DNA of 64,000 nt, taken from a virus. Its lineage: Duplodnaviria; Caudoviricetes. Positions 18,006-28,372 of the stretch are shown piece after piece; position 1 is the first letter of the stretch; each line of letters opens with the position of its first letter. A program made the translations under genes and the position numbers. The notes under the pieces are model-generated. The model did no database searches. It was not told where the DNA came from and was given only the letters and a program-made list of their open reading frames with translations. The DNA lies in IMG/VR virus record IMGVR_UViG_3300031463_000547, positions 2,031 to 66,030 of that record; one strand, given 5' to 3'.

Positions 18006-18548
18006 ATGCCAGAAGGAAATGCTATGGGTTTCAGGGGTTCAATTATTGCCAATGCGACGCTGGAAGGCGCCGTGGAGATTGCAAGGGCTGAGATAGCCGA
18101 AGCTCCGGTGGCTGGTGATGCTACTGGTGAGATAACCGGTGAGGTCTCTATTGCTGAAGCAAATATTGCAGGTGATGCCAATATCGCGGCTATCGAGACC
18201 GCTACATTCAATGCCCCAGCGCCAATTTTGCGCTGGGAAACGTATAGTGGCGAGTTCGATGATGAGGGCGATCAGGTTGCATTCAGCGAGGCGGCAGCCG
18301 TGATAGAGATCGAAAACCTCTCCGAGACCAATCTCATTGCGTTAGATACCTCCCCTGATCCGCTGACGCCGCCATCAATACCGACTCCGCCCAGCACGCC
18401 AGGCGCGTGGACGCAGGAGTCAAATTCCGTCCCCGCGTTCGCAACGCTGCGGCTGGAGGGCACGATCGGTTCGCTGGCATTCTGCGCGCCTGCAGGCACG
18501 ACTGTCGCTGTGCGTGTGCGGGCGGGATTTACGACGGAGGCACAGTGA
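18006..18548 (+). CDS. hypothetical acidic Ala-rich protein
   Basis: RBS GGAGGT; operon position. Confidence 0.65.
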   Translation: MPEGNAMGFRGSIIANATLEGAVEIARAEIAEAPVAGDATGEITGEVSIAEANIAGDANIAAIETATFNAPAPILRWETYSGEFDDEGDQVAFSEAAAVIEIENLSETNLIALDTSPDPLTPPSIPTPPSTPGAWTQESNSVPAFATLRLEGTIGSLAFCAPAGTTVAVRVRAGFTTEAQ

Positions 18549-19045
18549 TGGGAGACAGAATCGCGTTGACCAAACCGAGCGAACCCGCTGGTGCAGTTGC
18601 GAGGGCGGTCGCACCAGTGTGGGCGATACTGGGGGCGACTGTTCAGCAGACAGTGAAATTGGCGGCTGCTGGCGTGACCAACCGCGTCAACATCACGTTG
18701 ATAGGGAACTGGGTTCCGTCCGCATCATCGGCGAAGGATTTCACAGACCAGCCATTCGTGCTTGCCTACCCATCCGGCGTCCTGATCGTCTGGTGTACGT
18801 TTAGCGATAACCAGGCGGCCATTAGGATCGGCGATCCCGATTCAACAGCGGGAGAGTTCGTTTTGAAACAGGGGATGAATGTGTTTCCCTACCTGATGAC
18901 TGATACGGAAATCGAAATTGCGGGCGTCACGATCCCAGCAAATACCGATGTTACCGATCCGCTGGTTGGCTATCTGGCAACACCTGCATTCAGCGGTGCG
19001 CAGGAGATCATCATCAGCGCACCGGGGATAAACGTCAATGCGTGA
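18548..19045 (+). CDS. hypothetical beta-rich protein
   Basis: TGATG coupling at 18548; RBS GGAGG. Confidence 0.65.
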   Translation: MGDRIALTKPSEPAGAVARAVAPVWAILGATVQQTVKLAAAGVTNRVNITLIGNWVPSASSAKDFTDQPFVLAYPSGVLIVWCTFSDNQAAIRIGDPDSTAGEFVLKQGMNVFPYLMTDTEIEIAGVTIPANTDVTDPLVGYLATPAFSGAQEIIISAPGINVNA

Positions 19046-20954
19046 TCTATCACCGGCATTCACAAACTGGGGAAATCTGCGTGCTGATGCGGCCATTGGA
19101 GGTTCGCCCAACACGAAAATCGTGGTCAATGCGACCCTGCCGGATTCGTCGCAGGGGTTGAAACTAGTTGTTACCGATGGTCAGACAACGGCACAGTATA
19201 TCCGAATGTACTGTTACAGCACGACAGCACTACGGTTCAGGTGTCCGCTGTGGATCAGCTCATTGACCTCGGCCACAGTATGGGATTTGGTGCAGTTCGG
19301 TACGAGAACGCGGTTGGGCGTCGGCTGGGATTTAGGTTATTTGGCTAGAATCGCCATCGTTCCAGAGGGCACGGGGCCGACCTGGACACAGTACAAAATC
19401 AAATTGACTCTGCGCAGGGATGCTACTGATTGGGTAGGTGCGGTTGAACTGTTCAGTGGCGTTTTGAACGTCGGCACAAAATATATCGTAGACGCCTATT
19501 TTGATCGCACCACTGGCAGTGGCACACTCTCGATTGACGGCACACCCGTCGCTACCACAACCAGTGCTCCGACGGGTTCTCTGGCAATAACTTGGATCGC
19601 ACTGGGGCTGGTGACGTGTCCAGGCAACGTAACCGCATACGTCGGACAGATTCAGCAATGGATGGACGCTACCGGGCCAAATGACGACACTGTCTCCGTG
19701 CAATGGGTGCGACCCAGATCACTCAACATCGATTCGGGCACACTGGTTATCGATGTGCAGGGGGATCGCCCGCTGTCCGCGTGCCGGATCGAATACGGTT
19801 ACGGCAACTACAACAGCACGGCGAACGGCGTAGGGGATGCGGCCAACCGCCGATTCGCATGCACGTTGACTGGCATCATTCCGGGGACTCTGCAGTACCG
19901 AGTTGTCGTGACTGACCAATCACAGAATGAGGCTACGATCAGCTCGTTCTATGGTAAACAATTCGAACTGAGAATTCCAGGCCGCGGCGAACCGGTATTT
20001 GCGATTGCTGGAGGGGACGTCCATAATACGACCGCAGCTCGGTCGATAATGGACTACGCATTTTCCAGGTTTGAGAGGGCAGCCGGGCGTCCAGCCCATC
20101 CGATAGGCCGACCGCATCTGTGGCTGGATACAGGCGATTCCCTGGAACAGAACATCACGGTGGCATCTACCAGCTATGCATTTACCGATCCCTACGATGC
20201 CTCGTTGTCGTTGGCTAGGGTAACAATGGGATTTCTGCCGAGGGTAATCAGCGAGAGCGTGCCGGGCAACCATGCAACCACGTTTTATGATTCGATAAAC
20301 CAATTTCCATCGTCACTCGGAACGCCGTCGCTGATAGGCGATTGGGCCATATTTGCCTATCAGGACCTATCTGAAATCACGCAGCAGCAACTGGCCAGCT
20401 TGGAGGCAGGGTTTGCCAATTGCAACCGTGAAAAGAAACTCCTGTTAATGCACATACCATTGGTTGGACTACCTCCAGCATCGGATTCGGTCGGATCGTG
20501 GTCATGGACAACAGCGCAGGCGATCCTGAATCTGTGCGCCAAATACGGCGTCGCGATTGTATGCTCCCACTACCACCGCACATTTTATGACCAGGTCGCC
20601 GTCAATGTCGATGGTGTAGACAAATGGGTTAGCGTCTGCTGCACACCCCGGTTCGTTGTTGGTGGCACAGATGCATACATGTCGTACGCCATACCGAACC
20701 CGAACCCCTACGACACACGGGATTATACGATCAGGCGTGGGCAGCGTGCGACACGTTACGCATACGGTGACGGTGCGGCGCAGGGCTGGTTGGAGCTGCG
20801 TGACAATGGTGATCAGATATTCGCTGCAGCGTACGACTGCATTCGCAAAACGACGGCGACCGTGCTCATCGATGACACGGTAGCGCGGATAGCCAGACAG
20901 GCATGGGCAGTGTCGTTCAAAACCAATCAGATCGCGACACCACCCAATGATTGA
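19038..20954 (+). CDS. lectin/LamG-like plus FN3-like plus calcineurin-like metallophosphoesterase
   Basis: All five MPP motifs: GDVH, TGDS, PGNH, LMHIP, SHYH; beta-sandwich-like N-terminal half. Confidence 0.7.
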   Translation: MRDLSPAFTNWGNLRADAAIGGSPNTKIVVNATLPDSSQGLKLVVTDGQTTAQYIRMYCYSTTALRFRCPLWISSLTSATVWDLVQFGTRTRLGVGWDLGYLARIAIVPEGTGPTWTQYKIKLTLRRDATDWVGAVELFSGVLNVGTKYIVDAYFDRTTGSGTLSIDGTPVATTTSAPTGSLAITWIALGLVTCPGNVTAYVGQIQQWMDATGPNDDTVSVQWVRPRSLNIDSGTLVIDVQGDRPLSACRIEYGYGNYNSTANGVGDAANRRFACTLTGIIPGTLQYRVVVTDQSQNEATISSFYGKQFELRIPGRGEPVFAIAGGDVHNTTAARSIMDYAFSRFERAAGRPAHPIGRPHLWLDTGDSLEQNITVASTSYAFTDPYDASLSLARVTMGFLPRVISESVPGNHATTFYDSINQFPSSLGTPSLIGDWAIFAYQDLSEITQQQLASLEAGFANCNREKKLLLMHIPLVGLPPASDSVGSWSWTTAQAILNLCAKYGVAIVCSHYHRTFYDQVAVNVDGVDKWVSVCCTPRFVVGGTDAYMSYAIPNPNPYDTRDYTIRRGQRATRYAYGDGAAQGWLELRDNGDQIFAAAYDCIRKTTATVLIDDTVARIARQAWAVSFKTNQIATPPND

Positions 20955-20957
20955 GAC

Positions 20958-22601
20958 GTGAGCGCGATGACATTAGAACCTGGATGGCGGGAAACACAAA
21001 GCGGATTGGCTGTGCCAGCGGATGCACTGCGGGACCGCGATATATGGACGCCGGAGTTTCGGGCGTTTATGCGAGCGATTGACGAACACCTGCCAGAGGT
21101 GCAGGAGTGGGTGGCAAAGAGCCTGGCCGCGCGCGGTCCTCAGACACAACCAGCCCCATTCTATCACTTCCTCAGCAGCTATTCAGGCATCAAGGAGCCG
21201 TTTGCAACCGCAGGGTTGTCGCATGAGACGTTGCGAACAATGGCGTATCGGTGTCCCATAACATCCGCTATCGTCTCAACACGCATCGACCAAGTGGCTG
21301 CGTTCTGCCAATTGCCGGAATCCAAGAGCGATGCGGGATTCCGCATCGCCTTGCGCGATCCGGAATTGCAACCGGATAGAGATGACCGGCGAGAGATGCG
21401 CGAACTGGAGGATTTTATCCTGGAATGTGGGTTGCCGGAGGCTAATGAAATTCGGCCCCCGCTTACATTCGAGCAATTTATTCGGTCGGTATTGCGCGAC
21501 AGTCTCGAACTCGATGCCCTTGCATTCGAGGTTATTCCCGGAGCGAATGCAGAGAAATACCCCTGTGTCGGATTAATGCCCGTCGATGCTGCACAAATAC
21601 GTCTAACTCAGCCCGAACAGTACCATCCCAAGCGGTCAGGGGTTCGGAACATCTTTGCCGTGCAAATGCAGCATGGGCAGATTACCGCGGAGTATACCGC
21701 CGAGGAACTGGCATACGGCGTGCGAAATCCGTGCACCAACGTGATGAGGGCGGGTTATGGAACCAGCGAACAGGAATGGACGCTACATATCATAACGTCG
21801 ATCCTGTTCGGCATTGCCTACAATGAGAACTACTTCACAGGTTCGGCGATACCGCCCGGAGTGCTCAGCATTTCAGGTAATCTATCTCCTGAGATGCTGG
21901 AGGGATTCAGGCAGCAATGGCAGGCTCAAGTTGGCGGGCCGGGCAACTGGTTCAAGACGCCGGTGATAAATACCAGAGATGGCGCCGGCGTCAGCTACGT
22001 CAAATTCAGGGATTCTAACAAGGACATGGAGTTCCACCAACTCCTGGCGTTCTACATTACCATCCTCTGTGCAAACTATCGGATGCATCCAGAGGAAATT
22101 GGCATGCAAAGTTGGGCGCCATATCGCACAACTCTCAACGAGGCAAACCCGATAACTAGGATTCAGTCGAGCCAGGATCGGGGATTGAAGCCCATCCTCA
22201 AGTTAATAGCCCAACTCATCAACTCGAAGGTCATCTGGCGATTGTATCCGGACCGCAAATATGTCTTCGAGTTTGTCAACATCAACGAGATCGATGAAGA
22301 GCGGGAATTGCGAATGCGGCGGGAGCGGTTGGAAGCCGGTCTATCACTGCCTGAGCACGAGATTGCGGATATGGACGGGAAACAGCATCCATACGCCAAG
22401 GTTCCAATCAATCCCTACATGTTCCAAGCATGGCAAATGCAGAATTCGATGGAATCGCAGCCAGAACGCGATAACAATACTGATAAGCCAGAGGGTGATG
22501 AGAAGAAGGGCGAGGATGGCGAGAACGACGAATCTGCACCACGCCTTCTAGGGCTGCATAAGAGCGGTAACGTTGTGGAGGTAGAAGTCGATGACTACTA
22601 G
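20958..22601 (+). CDS. portal protein
   Basis: LMPVDAAQIR, VRNP...GYGTSE, NENYF...PPGVL, NKDMEF...LCANYRMHPEEIG, SQDRGLKPIL (Twort/SPO1-type portal pattern). Confidence 0.9.
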   Translation: MSAMTLEPGWRETQSGLAVPADALRDRDIWTPEFRAFMRAIDEHLPEVQEWVAKSLAARGPQTQPAPFYHFLSSYSGIKEPFATAGLSHETLRTMAYRCPITSAIVSTRIDQVAAFCQLPESKSDAGFRIALRDPELQPDRDDRREMRELEDFILECGLPEANEIRPPLTFEQFIRSVLRDSLELDALAFEVIPGANAEKYPCVGLMPVDAAQIRLTQPEQYHPKRSGVRNIFAVQMQHGQITAEYTAEELAYGVRNPCTNVMRAGYGTSEQEWTLHIITSILFGIAYNENYFTGSAIPPGVLSISGNLSPEMLEGFRQQWQAQVGGPGNWFKTPVINTRDGAGVSYVKFRDSNKDMEFHQLLAFYITILCANYRMHPEEIGMQSWAPYRTTLNEANPITRIQSSQDRGLKPILKLIAQLINSKVIWRLYPDRKYVFEFVNINEIDEERELRMRRERLEAGLSLPEHEIADMDGKQHPYAKVPINPYMFQAWQMQNSMESQPERDNNTDKPEGDEKKGEDGENDESAPRLLGLHKSGNVVEVEVDDY

Positions 22602-23352
22602 TTGTATCCATCGACCGCGAATCCGGCGCGGTATGCAGTGTAATTGTCTGGAATGCCGGACTGCGCGCATTACGGCGCTGGAGGCCATTGCCAACCAATG
22701 CATTACATGCAGCGGACAAATGGCCACGGATGCCGCCGGACAGGTGACGTGCGCTAAAGGAGAGCAGGATTGTCCGGTGCTGGAGTTATGGCGCCGCGCA
22801 CTCACACGAGAAATAGAGCCTGCAGATGTGACACCCATTCTGGCCGAATTGGTTTTCAAACGAATCAGGGAATTGCCGCGCCTGCGCGGAATCAGGGTTC
22901 TAATCATCGGTGATGAGAAATGCGGTGGAGAAGTGTGCAGCATAGTCGAAAAAAACACCGACGCAACGGCTGAGCTTCATATCCTAAACAATGACTCCGA
23001 ACTGACTAAGGCGCTGATGAATGCGGCTGAGTCGGGCTACGACGTGATTTGCCTGCTATCGATGCTGAGCGAGTTGCCAGCAGGTATCGAAGATGCGGTT
23101 GTGGCGGCATTGGAATCGAATGCTATTCTGATTGCGCCATCCCGCCATACTCGCATGCTGGACGTACCAGCGCGACTGCCAGGAGTTATTCCAATCGTTG
23201 CCACAGGACGACGAGGCCGAGACCATACGGGCCTATATAGCGCGGCAGCGGAATTGGTCGCACAACTGGCATCCGACCCGGATGTCTCACGGCTGGAATC
23301 AACTATCACAGTCGGCGGCTGTGTTTTCCGCGTCGGTCATATGGGAGCATGA
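22591..23352 (+). CDS. Cys-rich N-terminus plus degenerate subtilase-like domain
   Basis: AAESGYDVICL...IEDAVVAALESNAILIAPS...VPARLPGVIPIVA echoes the S8 fold, but the D/H/S motifs are not intact. Confidence 0.45.
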   Translation: MTTSCIHRPRIRRGMQCNCLECRTARITALEAIANQCITCSGQMATDAAGQVTCAKGEQDCPVLELWRRALTREIEPADVTPILAELVFKRIRELPRLRGIRVLIIGDEKCGGEVCSIVEKNTDATAELHILNNDSELTKALMNAAESGYDVICLLSMLSELPAGIEDAVVAALESNAILIAPSRHTRMLDVPARLPGVIPIVATGRRGRDHTGLYSAAAELVAQLASDPDVSRLESTITVGGCVFRVGHMGA

Positions 23353-24014
23353 CGGTGGCCGTCGTCAGGTTTAGGGGGTTGGACAAACCAGGAGCGGCTT
23401 CCGCAATCGCAAAGGCGCTCCGCGCCGTGCAGCCTCCTAATATTCGAGAACTTGCCCATGAAGCATTTGATTTCCTATCAGACGAGGTAGCTGGGCGCTT
23501 GCAACGTCATCTCGCCGATTATCGTGATCCTGAAAACCCAACGCCGCGCACCCGCGCGGAGTGGTGGATGAAGCGAGAGATACGGTTCTTCTATGCGGCG
23601 GCATACAGAGAGGGCAGGCACGCAGCGGGCGATATGAGGCCACTGGATACAGAGGATGAGAAGCTGCTACGAAGGATGCGCCTGGGGGAATATCGTTATC
23701 TGCGTGGATTTCTCGACGACATGGATGCCGGGCGCGGCAAAATGAACTATCGCCGTCGGATGCAGATGTATGCCGACGCAGTTCGAGGGGCATTCTGGCT
23801 GGGATTTGTACGTGGCAACCGCAGCAATCGACGCAGGATTCGTTGGGTCTTTGATCCGGAGGCCGAACACTGCAAGACATGCGCAGAACTCAATGGGCGC
23901 GTCTGGACTCCACGCGCATTCCTGCGATGGTATGCCAAGACACATATACTGCCGCAGAAGGGCTGCGAGTGTCTGAGTAACTGCAGGTGTCATCTGGAAG
24001 AGTTCTTCGTATGA
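23349..24014 (+). CDS. MuF/SPP1 gp7-like head morphogenesis protein
   Basis: AEHCKTCAELNGR and CECLSNCRC; located just after the portal. Confidence 0.7.
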   Translation: MTVAVVRFRGLDKPGAASAIAKALRAVQPPNIRELAHEAFDFLSDEVAGRLQRHLADYRDPENPTPRTRAEWWMKREIRFFYAAAYREGRHAAGDMRPLDTEDEKLLRRMRLGEYRYLRGFLDDMDAGRGKMNYRRRMQMYADAVRGAFWLGFVRGNRSNRRRIRWVFDPEAEHCKTCAELNGRVWTPRAFLRWYAKTHILPQKGCECLSNCRCHLEEFFV

Positions 24015-24148
24015 GGAAGCCGACAATGTATAGTTCTCGCGCAGAACGCCGGCGGCAAGCTCGGCCCCAATGGCGAGCAGCTAGGCGAGTGATAAAGAAA
24101 ATCAACCGACACAGGCGTTTGGCAGGATTGCCACCGATCAGGCCGTAG
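24011..24148 (+). CDS. 45-aa Arg-rich basic peptide
   Basis: ATGA-coupled to the MuF-like gene; MRKPTMYSSRAERRRQARPQWRAARRVIKKINRHRRLAGLPPIRP; ends just before the next RBS. Confidence 0.45.
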   Translation: MRKPTMYSSRAERRRQARPQWRAARRVIKKINRHRRLAGLPPIRP

Positions 24149-24163
24149 GGCAATAGGAGAGAT

Positions 24164-27100
24164 ATGAAGGCGACCCCATTTGGATTGACTTTGGAAAGGC
24201 CGGAATCGAGCACACCCGTAATAGTTGGTGACTTCGGCTTCGTTTTCACGCCTCTGTTCAAATCCAAAGCGGAGAAGGAATGGTGGGAGGACGCCAAAGT
24301 TGGTGATGAGCGCTGGATCACAATTCATCCCTCTGAGGATTCTGACAATTATCGTCACGTAAAAGTGCGGCTCCGTCCGGGCGGCAAGTGGCGCATTGTT
24401 GCCGGTGGAACCAACCTCGAACATCAGGAGATCGTTCCGAAGCATCGGTTGACGGACGAGGAACGTGCCGAGTACGATCGCCGGAAGGCAGCACGCGAGA
24501 AAGCCCGTCAAGAGCGGTTGGCGGCCCAAGAGCGGTTGGCGGAAATTCGCAAACAGCATGAGCACGCAATCGCAGAGGCTGCAGGTATATCAACCGAGTT
24601 GCCAGAGGAAGCCAAGGCTGAGATAGAACGCAGAGCGGATAAGCTCAAACTGGAGGGAAGCCAGCGATCAGCATTCATCGAAAAACAGCAAGCGAAAGCC
24701 CAGCAGGCTCATGAGAAATGGGTTTCGCAGGCTGTGCGATCACTGGTAGCACAGTCAAGGTCGGTCGTCTTCGCGGAGAAACCAGAGGAGGAGCTACGGA
24801 CAATCCACCAAGCTCATGAGGAAGCTGAGGCTCAAAAGAGGCGGCTGGCCGAACGGCTCTTTGAGGCGAGGTTGGCCGCTGCTGAGAAGGGAGAACCGGC
24901 AGGACTGACCGAAGAAGCCAAACCGGAAAAAGGGTTAGATAGGGCTAAGAGTGAGCCTGAAGAGGAACCCGTCTACAGGGCACAGAGCATGCCGGTCATT
25001 GCTGCGGTCGATATGGCTCAGAAGTTGGCGGCATTGGCTAAGGAATCGGAACACAAACTACGCGAGGCGCGGCGAGACCTACCGAAACTGGCAGAGGACC
25101 GCATTTCCGGGACTGAGGCGTTAGAACAATTTACAATTTCAGCAGAGGCTGCAGACCCTGCTGCTGCTGAGCGAGAACTACTCAAGGAACGCGAAGATCG
25201 ACTTCGCTCACAACTCAATTCCACTCTCGTCAGCATTGCTGATGCAACATATCGAGCCGACGATACAGGCTACGACCGGTTCGGTAAGAAGCAATTTGAC
25301 GTTGCGCGCGCACAGGTCACCGGTGCGTTGGATGCGATTACTGGCATATCGAAGCACTTCTTGGGTAGCAGCTTTATGGACCGTCCCATAGTCGAGGCGC
25401 TAGGAATCGACGGTGCTGCGGCATTGGCGGCGGGTGAGATAATTCGGCGGCGGGGTAAGGACGAAGCGGCACGGATACTGGCAGAGATCGAGGCCTACCA
25501 GAGCGAGGCGTCACATGAGATAGCCGAAACGGCGCTCAGCCGGCACAACGAGCTAATGGAGGCCAAACGGACTCTGCAGGACATGGCCAAAAAGCCCCTA
25601 GTGGATGACGATGGCAATCTGATTGCTGAAAACCTTTCGGAGACGGCAGATTGTGTAGCGCTCTATGGAGAACTTACCGCGGATGCGCTCAGGCATGTAG
25701 GGACCGCGTTGGGCAGCCTGCAGGCGTCGGCGTCATTGATGCGGCTACTCTCAGACGCAATCGAAGGCGGCAAGAAACTCGATAGTCTTCACATCGCGTT
25801 GCGCGATCCGGACGACGCCATGCGCATTGATCGCGCATTGCGACTGCATGGGCGCTTCAGGCTCGAAGAGGTTGAGGGTGGAACCTCAGCTATGGTCATA
25901 TCTCCGAGCGCCCTGAGCCGATACCTCAAAGAGGCCAAGGCCGAACGTGAGGTGGACGAACAGGTGCGTTCTCTGCAGGAGGGCAACCAACAGGTTGACG
26001 TCCACAAGACCCCCACGGGCTGGCGATCTGAATATGTTGACGAGGACGGCGAAAAACATAAGTTCGTATGGAAGGAAGGCCAAGCGCGCGCGCTGCAGTT
26101 TGCTATGCTCAACAGCACCCCAAACGGCGGAGGGGCGGTGATCGATCTCGAGGTCGGCGGAGGCAAGACCGCTTTCGCATTCGGCTATTTCGGGACTCTC
26201 AAAGAACGTGGTTGGATCGGAGAGGGTCGGCGCGCATTGTATGTAGCACCCCGCGAGTCGCTGGCAAGCCAAGCCATTGACGACTGCCACAAGTTTACGA
26301 CCTATACTGTAGATCGGATCGGCGGCGGCAGCAGGTCGCATGAAGACGAGATCAGGAGTCGATATGCAGGTAAGGGTTTTATCTCGGTCGTGACGGCGCA
26401 GACGTTGGCGGCTGACGTAAAGGCACTGTACAATATGGGCATTGACCCTTCAAAGTTCTTCTCGGAATTGGGTTACGATGCCATTGATCTTGATGAGGCA
26501 CACACACTGGTGAGCGGACTGTCGGGGGCGGGGGCGACCGGCCGGAGTGTGCGAAAGCTGCGATTGAAATACAACGTGGCTATGACAGGCACGCTTGCGA
26601 CGGACGCCGTATCACAACCATTCGACATGGTGAGGTGGGCTGTAGGCAACAAGGTGGACTCCCGCGCGAAGATATTGCGCAAGTATGGCGAGGTCGGGCA
26701 GGGAACGGAAGCTTGGCAAGACGCCGTGAATGCCGATGTACGGGCTCAGATTGACCGCTATACGTTCCATGGATCCGGCAACATCGAAGCGAAACTCCAT
26801 TCTGTTGAGCATAAGGTCAATCTCAGCCATCAGCAACGGGCTGCATTGCGCGATGCCGATGCGGCAGATAAGAAGCGCCGGCAACAAGCAATGGCGTTGG
26901 CACGACGCAAGGGCCGGACATCGCTGGACTCCGTGACGAAATTGAAGTTGGCCGACGAGCGGAACCGCGAGGTATATGAGATTCTGCACAACCGGGATTG
27001 GAGAACGAATCCGCGGCTGCAGGAGATCAGCAGACTGATTGCTGGCAACCCAGATAAGAAGTTCATCATTATCGGCGACACTGCACAATCCCTATCCGGC

Positions 27101-27493
27101 ATCCATGCTGTAGCGCAGATGTTGGCTGACCAAGGATTGGGTGATAACAGTGTGCTGTTTGCAAGCAGAACTCCAGATGGCAGGCCTATCAGCCAGAAGC
27201 AGATGACTCGGTTTCAGGCTCGGTTTCAGATGGACCCAAATTGCCGGTTTGCAGTATTGGCCGAACCGCAGGCTGTTGGTAGAAATTTGCAAGCCGCCGA
27301 TGTTGTGATTTATCTCGATGTGCCTCCCAACGCAGCGTCTCGAAAGCAGCGGCGTGGGCGGGCTTGGAGAACTGGGCGGAGGGGCGACGTTACCGAAATA
27401 CAGCTCTGGACAGACCAGAGTTCGTTTGACGTAGCGCGCAAACTCAACGTTGCTCGGACCGCCGGAATGCTGGAGGCCGTCAGCGGCAAGTAG
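24164..27493 (+). CDS. large SF2 (SNF2-like) helicase protein 1
   Basis: LEVGGGKT, DEAH, MTGT, GRNLQAAD, QRRGRAWRTG; N-terminal RWITIHP domain. Confidence 0.85.
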   Translation: MKATPFGLTLERPESSTPVIVGDFGFVFTPLFKSKAEKEWWEDAKVGDERWITIHPSEDSDNYRHVKVRLRPGGKWRIVAGGTNLEHQEIVPKHRLTDEERAEYDRRKAAREKARQERLAAQERLAEIRKQHEHAIAEAAGISTELPEEAKAEIERRADKLKLEGSQRSAFIEKQQAKAQQAHEKWVSQAVRSLVAQSRSVVFAEKPEEELRTIHQAHEEAEAQKRRLAERLFEARLAAAEKGEPAGLTEEAKPEKGLDRAKSEPEEEPVYRAQSMPVIAAVDMAQKLAALAKESEHKLREARRDLPKLAEDRISGTEALEQFTISAEAADPAAAERELLKEREDRLRSQLNSTLVSIADATYRADDTGYDRFGKKQFDVARAQVTGALDAITGISKHFLGSSFMDRPIVEALGIDGAAALAAGEIIRRRGKDEAARILAEIEAYQSEASHEIAETALSRHNELMEAKRTLQDMAKKPLVDDDGNLIAENLSETADCVALYGELTADALRHVGTALGSLQASASLMRLLSDAIEGGKKLDSLHIALRDPDDAMRIDRALRLHGRFRLEEVEGGTSAMVISPSALSRYLKEAKAEREVDEQVRSLQEGNQQVDVHKTPTGWRSEYVDEDGEKHKFVWKEGQARALQFAMLNSTPNGGGAVIDLEVGGGKTAFAFGYFGTLKERGWIGEGRRALYVAPRESLASQAIDDCHKFTTYTVDRIGGGSRSHEDEIRSRYAGKGFISVVTAQTLAADVKALYNMGIDPSKFFSELGYDAIDLDEAHTLVSGLSGAGATGRSVRKLRLKYNVAMTGTLATDAVSQPFDMVRWAVGNKVDSRAKILRKYGEVGQGTEAWQDAVNADVRAQIDRYTFHGSGNIEAKLHSVEHKVNLSHQQRAALRDADAADKKRRQQAMALARRKGRTSLDSVTKLKLADERNREVYEILHNRDWRTNPRLQEISRLIAGNPDKKFIIIGDTAQSLSGIHAVAQMLADQGLGDNSVLFASRTPDGRPISQKQMTRFQARFQMDPNCRFAVLAEPQAVGRNLQAADVVIYLDVPPNAASRKQRRGRAWRTGRRGDVTEIQLWTDQSSFDVARKLNVARTAGMLEAVSGK

Positions 27494-27512
27494 CGCGCCT
27501 AAAGGGCGTGTT

Positions 27513-28091
27513 ATGAACTTATGTGGGCGTGAGTTGGAGGGGCAATTGCAGGCATTGATGCTAGATGGCAGGATAGGGCGCGAGGACGCAGTCAACAGGC
27601 TGATGGAGCTCAATCTGGATCGCGCGCTCAGGATTGCTCGGCGTTACGCAGCCAACAATCATGGTCTACGTGAGGAATTGGAGGGAGCTGCCATCGATGG
27701 CCTGATACGAGCGGCCGAGCTTTTCGATCCTAATCGAGGTGTGCGATTCTGGACGTATGCGGAACGGAAGGTGCGCAGTTGCATACGAGGATGTTTCCGC
27801 AAACGATTGGCAGTGCCAATAGGTTTGCTAATTGACGATGGATTGGCGTATCCATACGACGAACTTCCGACTTTCAACGATGAGCAGGTTCGGCGATTGG
27901 CGGCTAGAATGCTGTACGAGGTGGGCATACGGCCGCATCCTGCGGCAGTGAGTGCTCTGTTCGGTGATATGACCAAGCGCGAGGCGGCGCGGGCTATCGG
28001 AATGAACTATGACGTATTCCGTCGGCGACTGAAGTTGATATACCGGACTAAAACGGCGATACGGTTTCTCAAATATGTGGAGACGAACTGA
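27513..28091 (+). CDS. sigma70-family sigma factor-like protein
   Basis: Region 2 (EELEGAAIDGLIRAAELFDPNRGVRFWTYA) and a C-terminal HTH (MTKREAARAIGM). Confidence 0.8.
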   Translation: MNLCGRELEGQLQALMLDGRIGREDAVNRLMELNLDRALRIARRYAANNHGLREELEGAAIDGLIRAAELFDPNRGVRFWTYAERKVRSCIRGCFRKRLAVPIGLLIDDGLAYPYDELPTFNDEQVRRLAARMLYEVGIRPHPAAVSALFGDMTKREAARAIGMNYDVFRRRLKLIYRTKTAIRFLKYVETN

Positions 28092-28372
28092 TGATTGGAA
28101 AGCTGTTGGGGGAATTGGCCTTGCTGCAAACGGATGCCGAACAGGCTGAGGATACAATCGATGGCCTAATGGAACGCATCGATAGGGCCATGGCATGGGT
28201 GTCGGAAGAGCAGGAAGCAGCTCGGAAGGCCGGCCAACATATGCTCTATCAGCAGCGAGTAGCCGAGGAAGCGGCGCTGAATGCCGCGTATCAGCGGCTG
28301 AGCCAAGCCAAGGGCAGGATGATATATGGTGGAGGTAGCTCGGATGCCAAGCTGGCTTCAAAAAAAGGATGA
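28091..28372 (+). CDS. hypothetical coiled-coil protein
   Basis: TGATG coupling; RBS GGAG. Confidence 0.6.
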   Translation: MIGKLLGELALLQTDAEQAEDTIDGLMERIDRAMAWVSEEQEAARKAGQHMLYQQRVAEEAALNAAYQRLSQAKGRMIYGGGSSDAKLASKKG

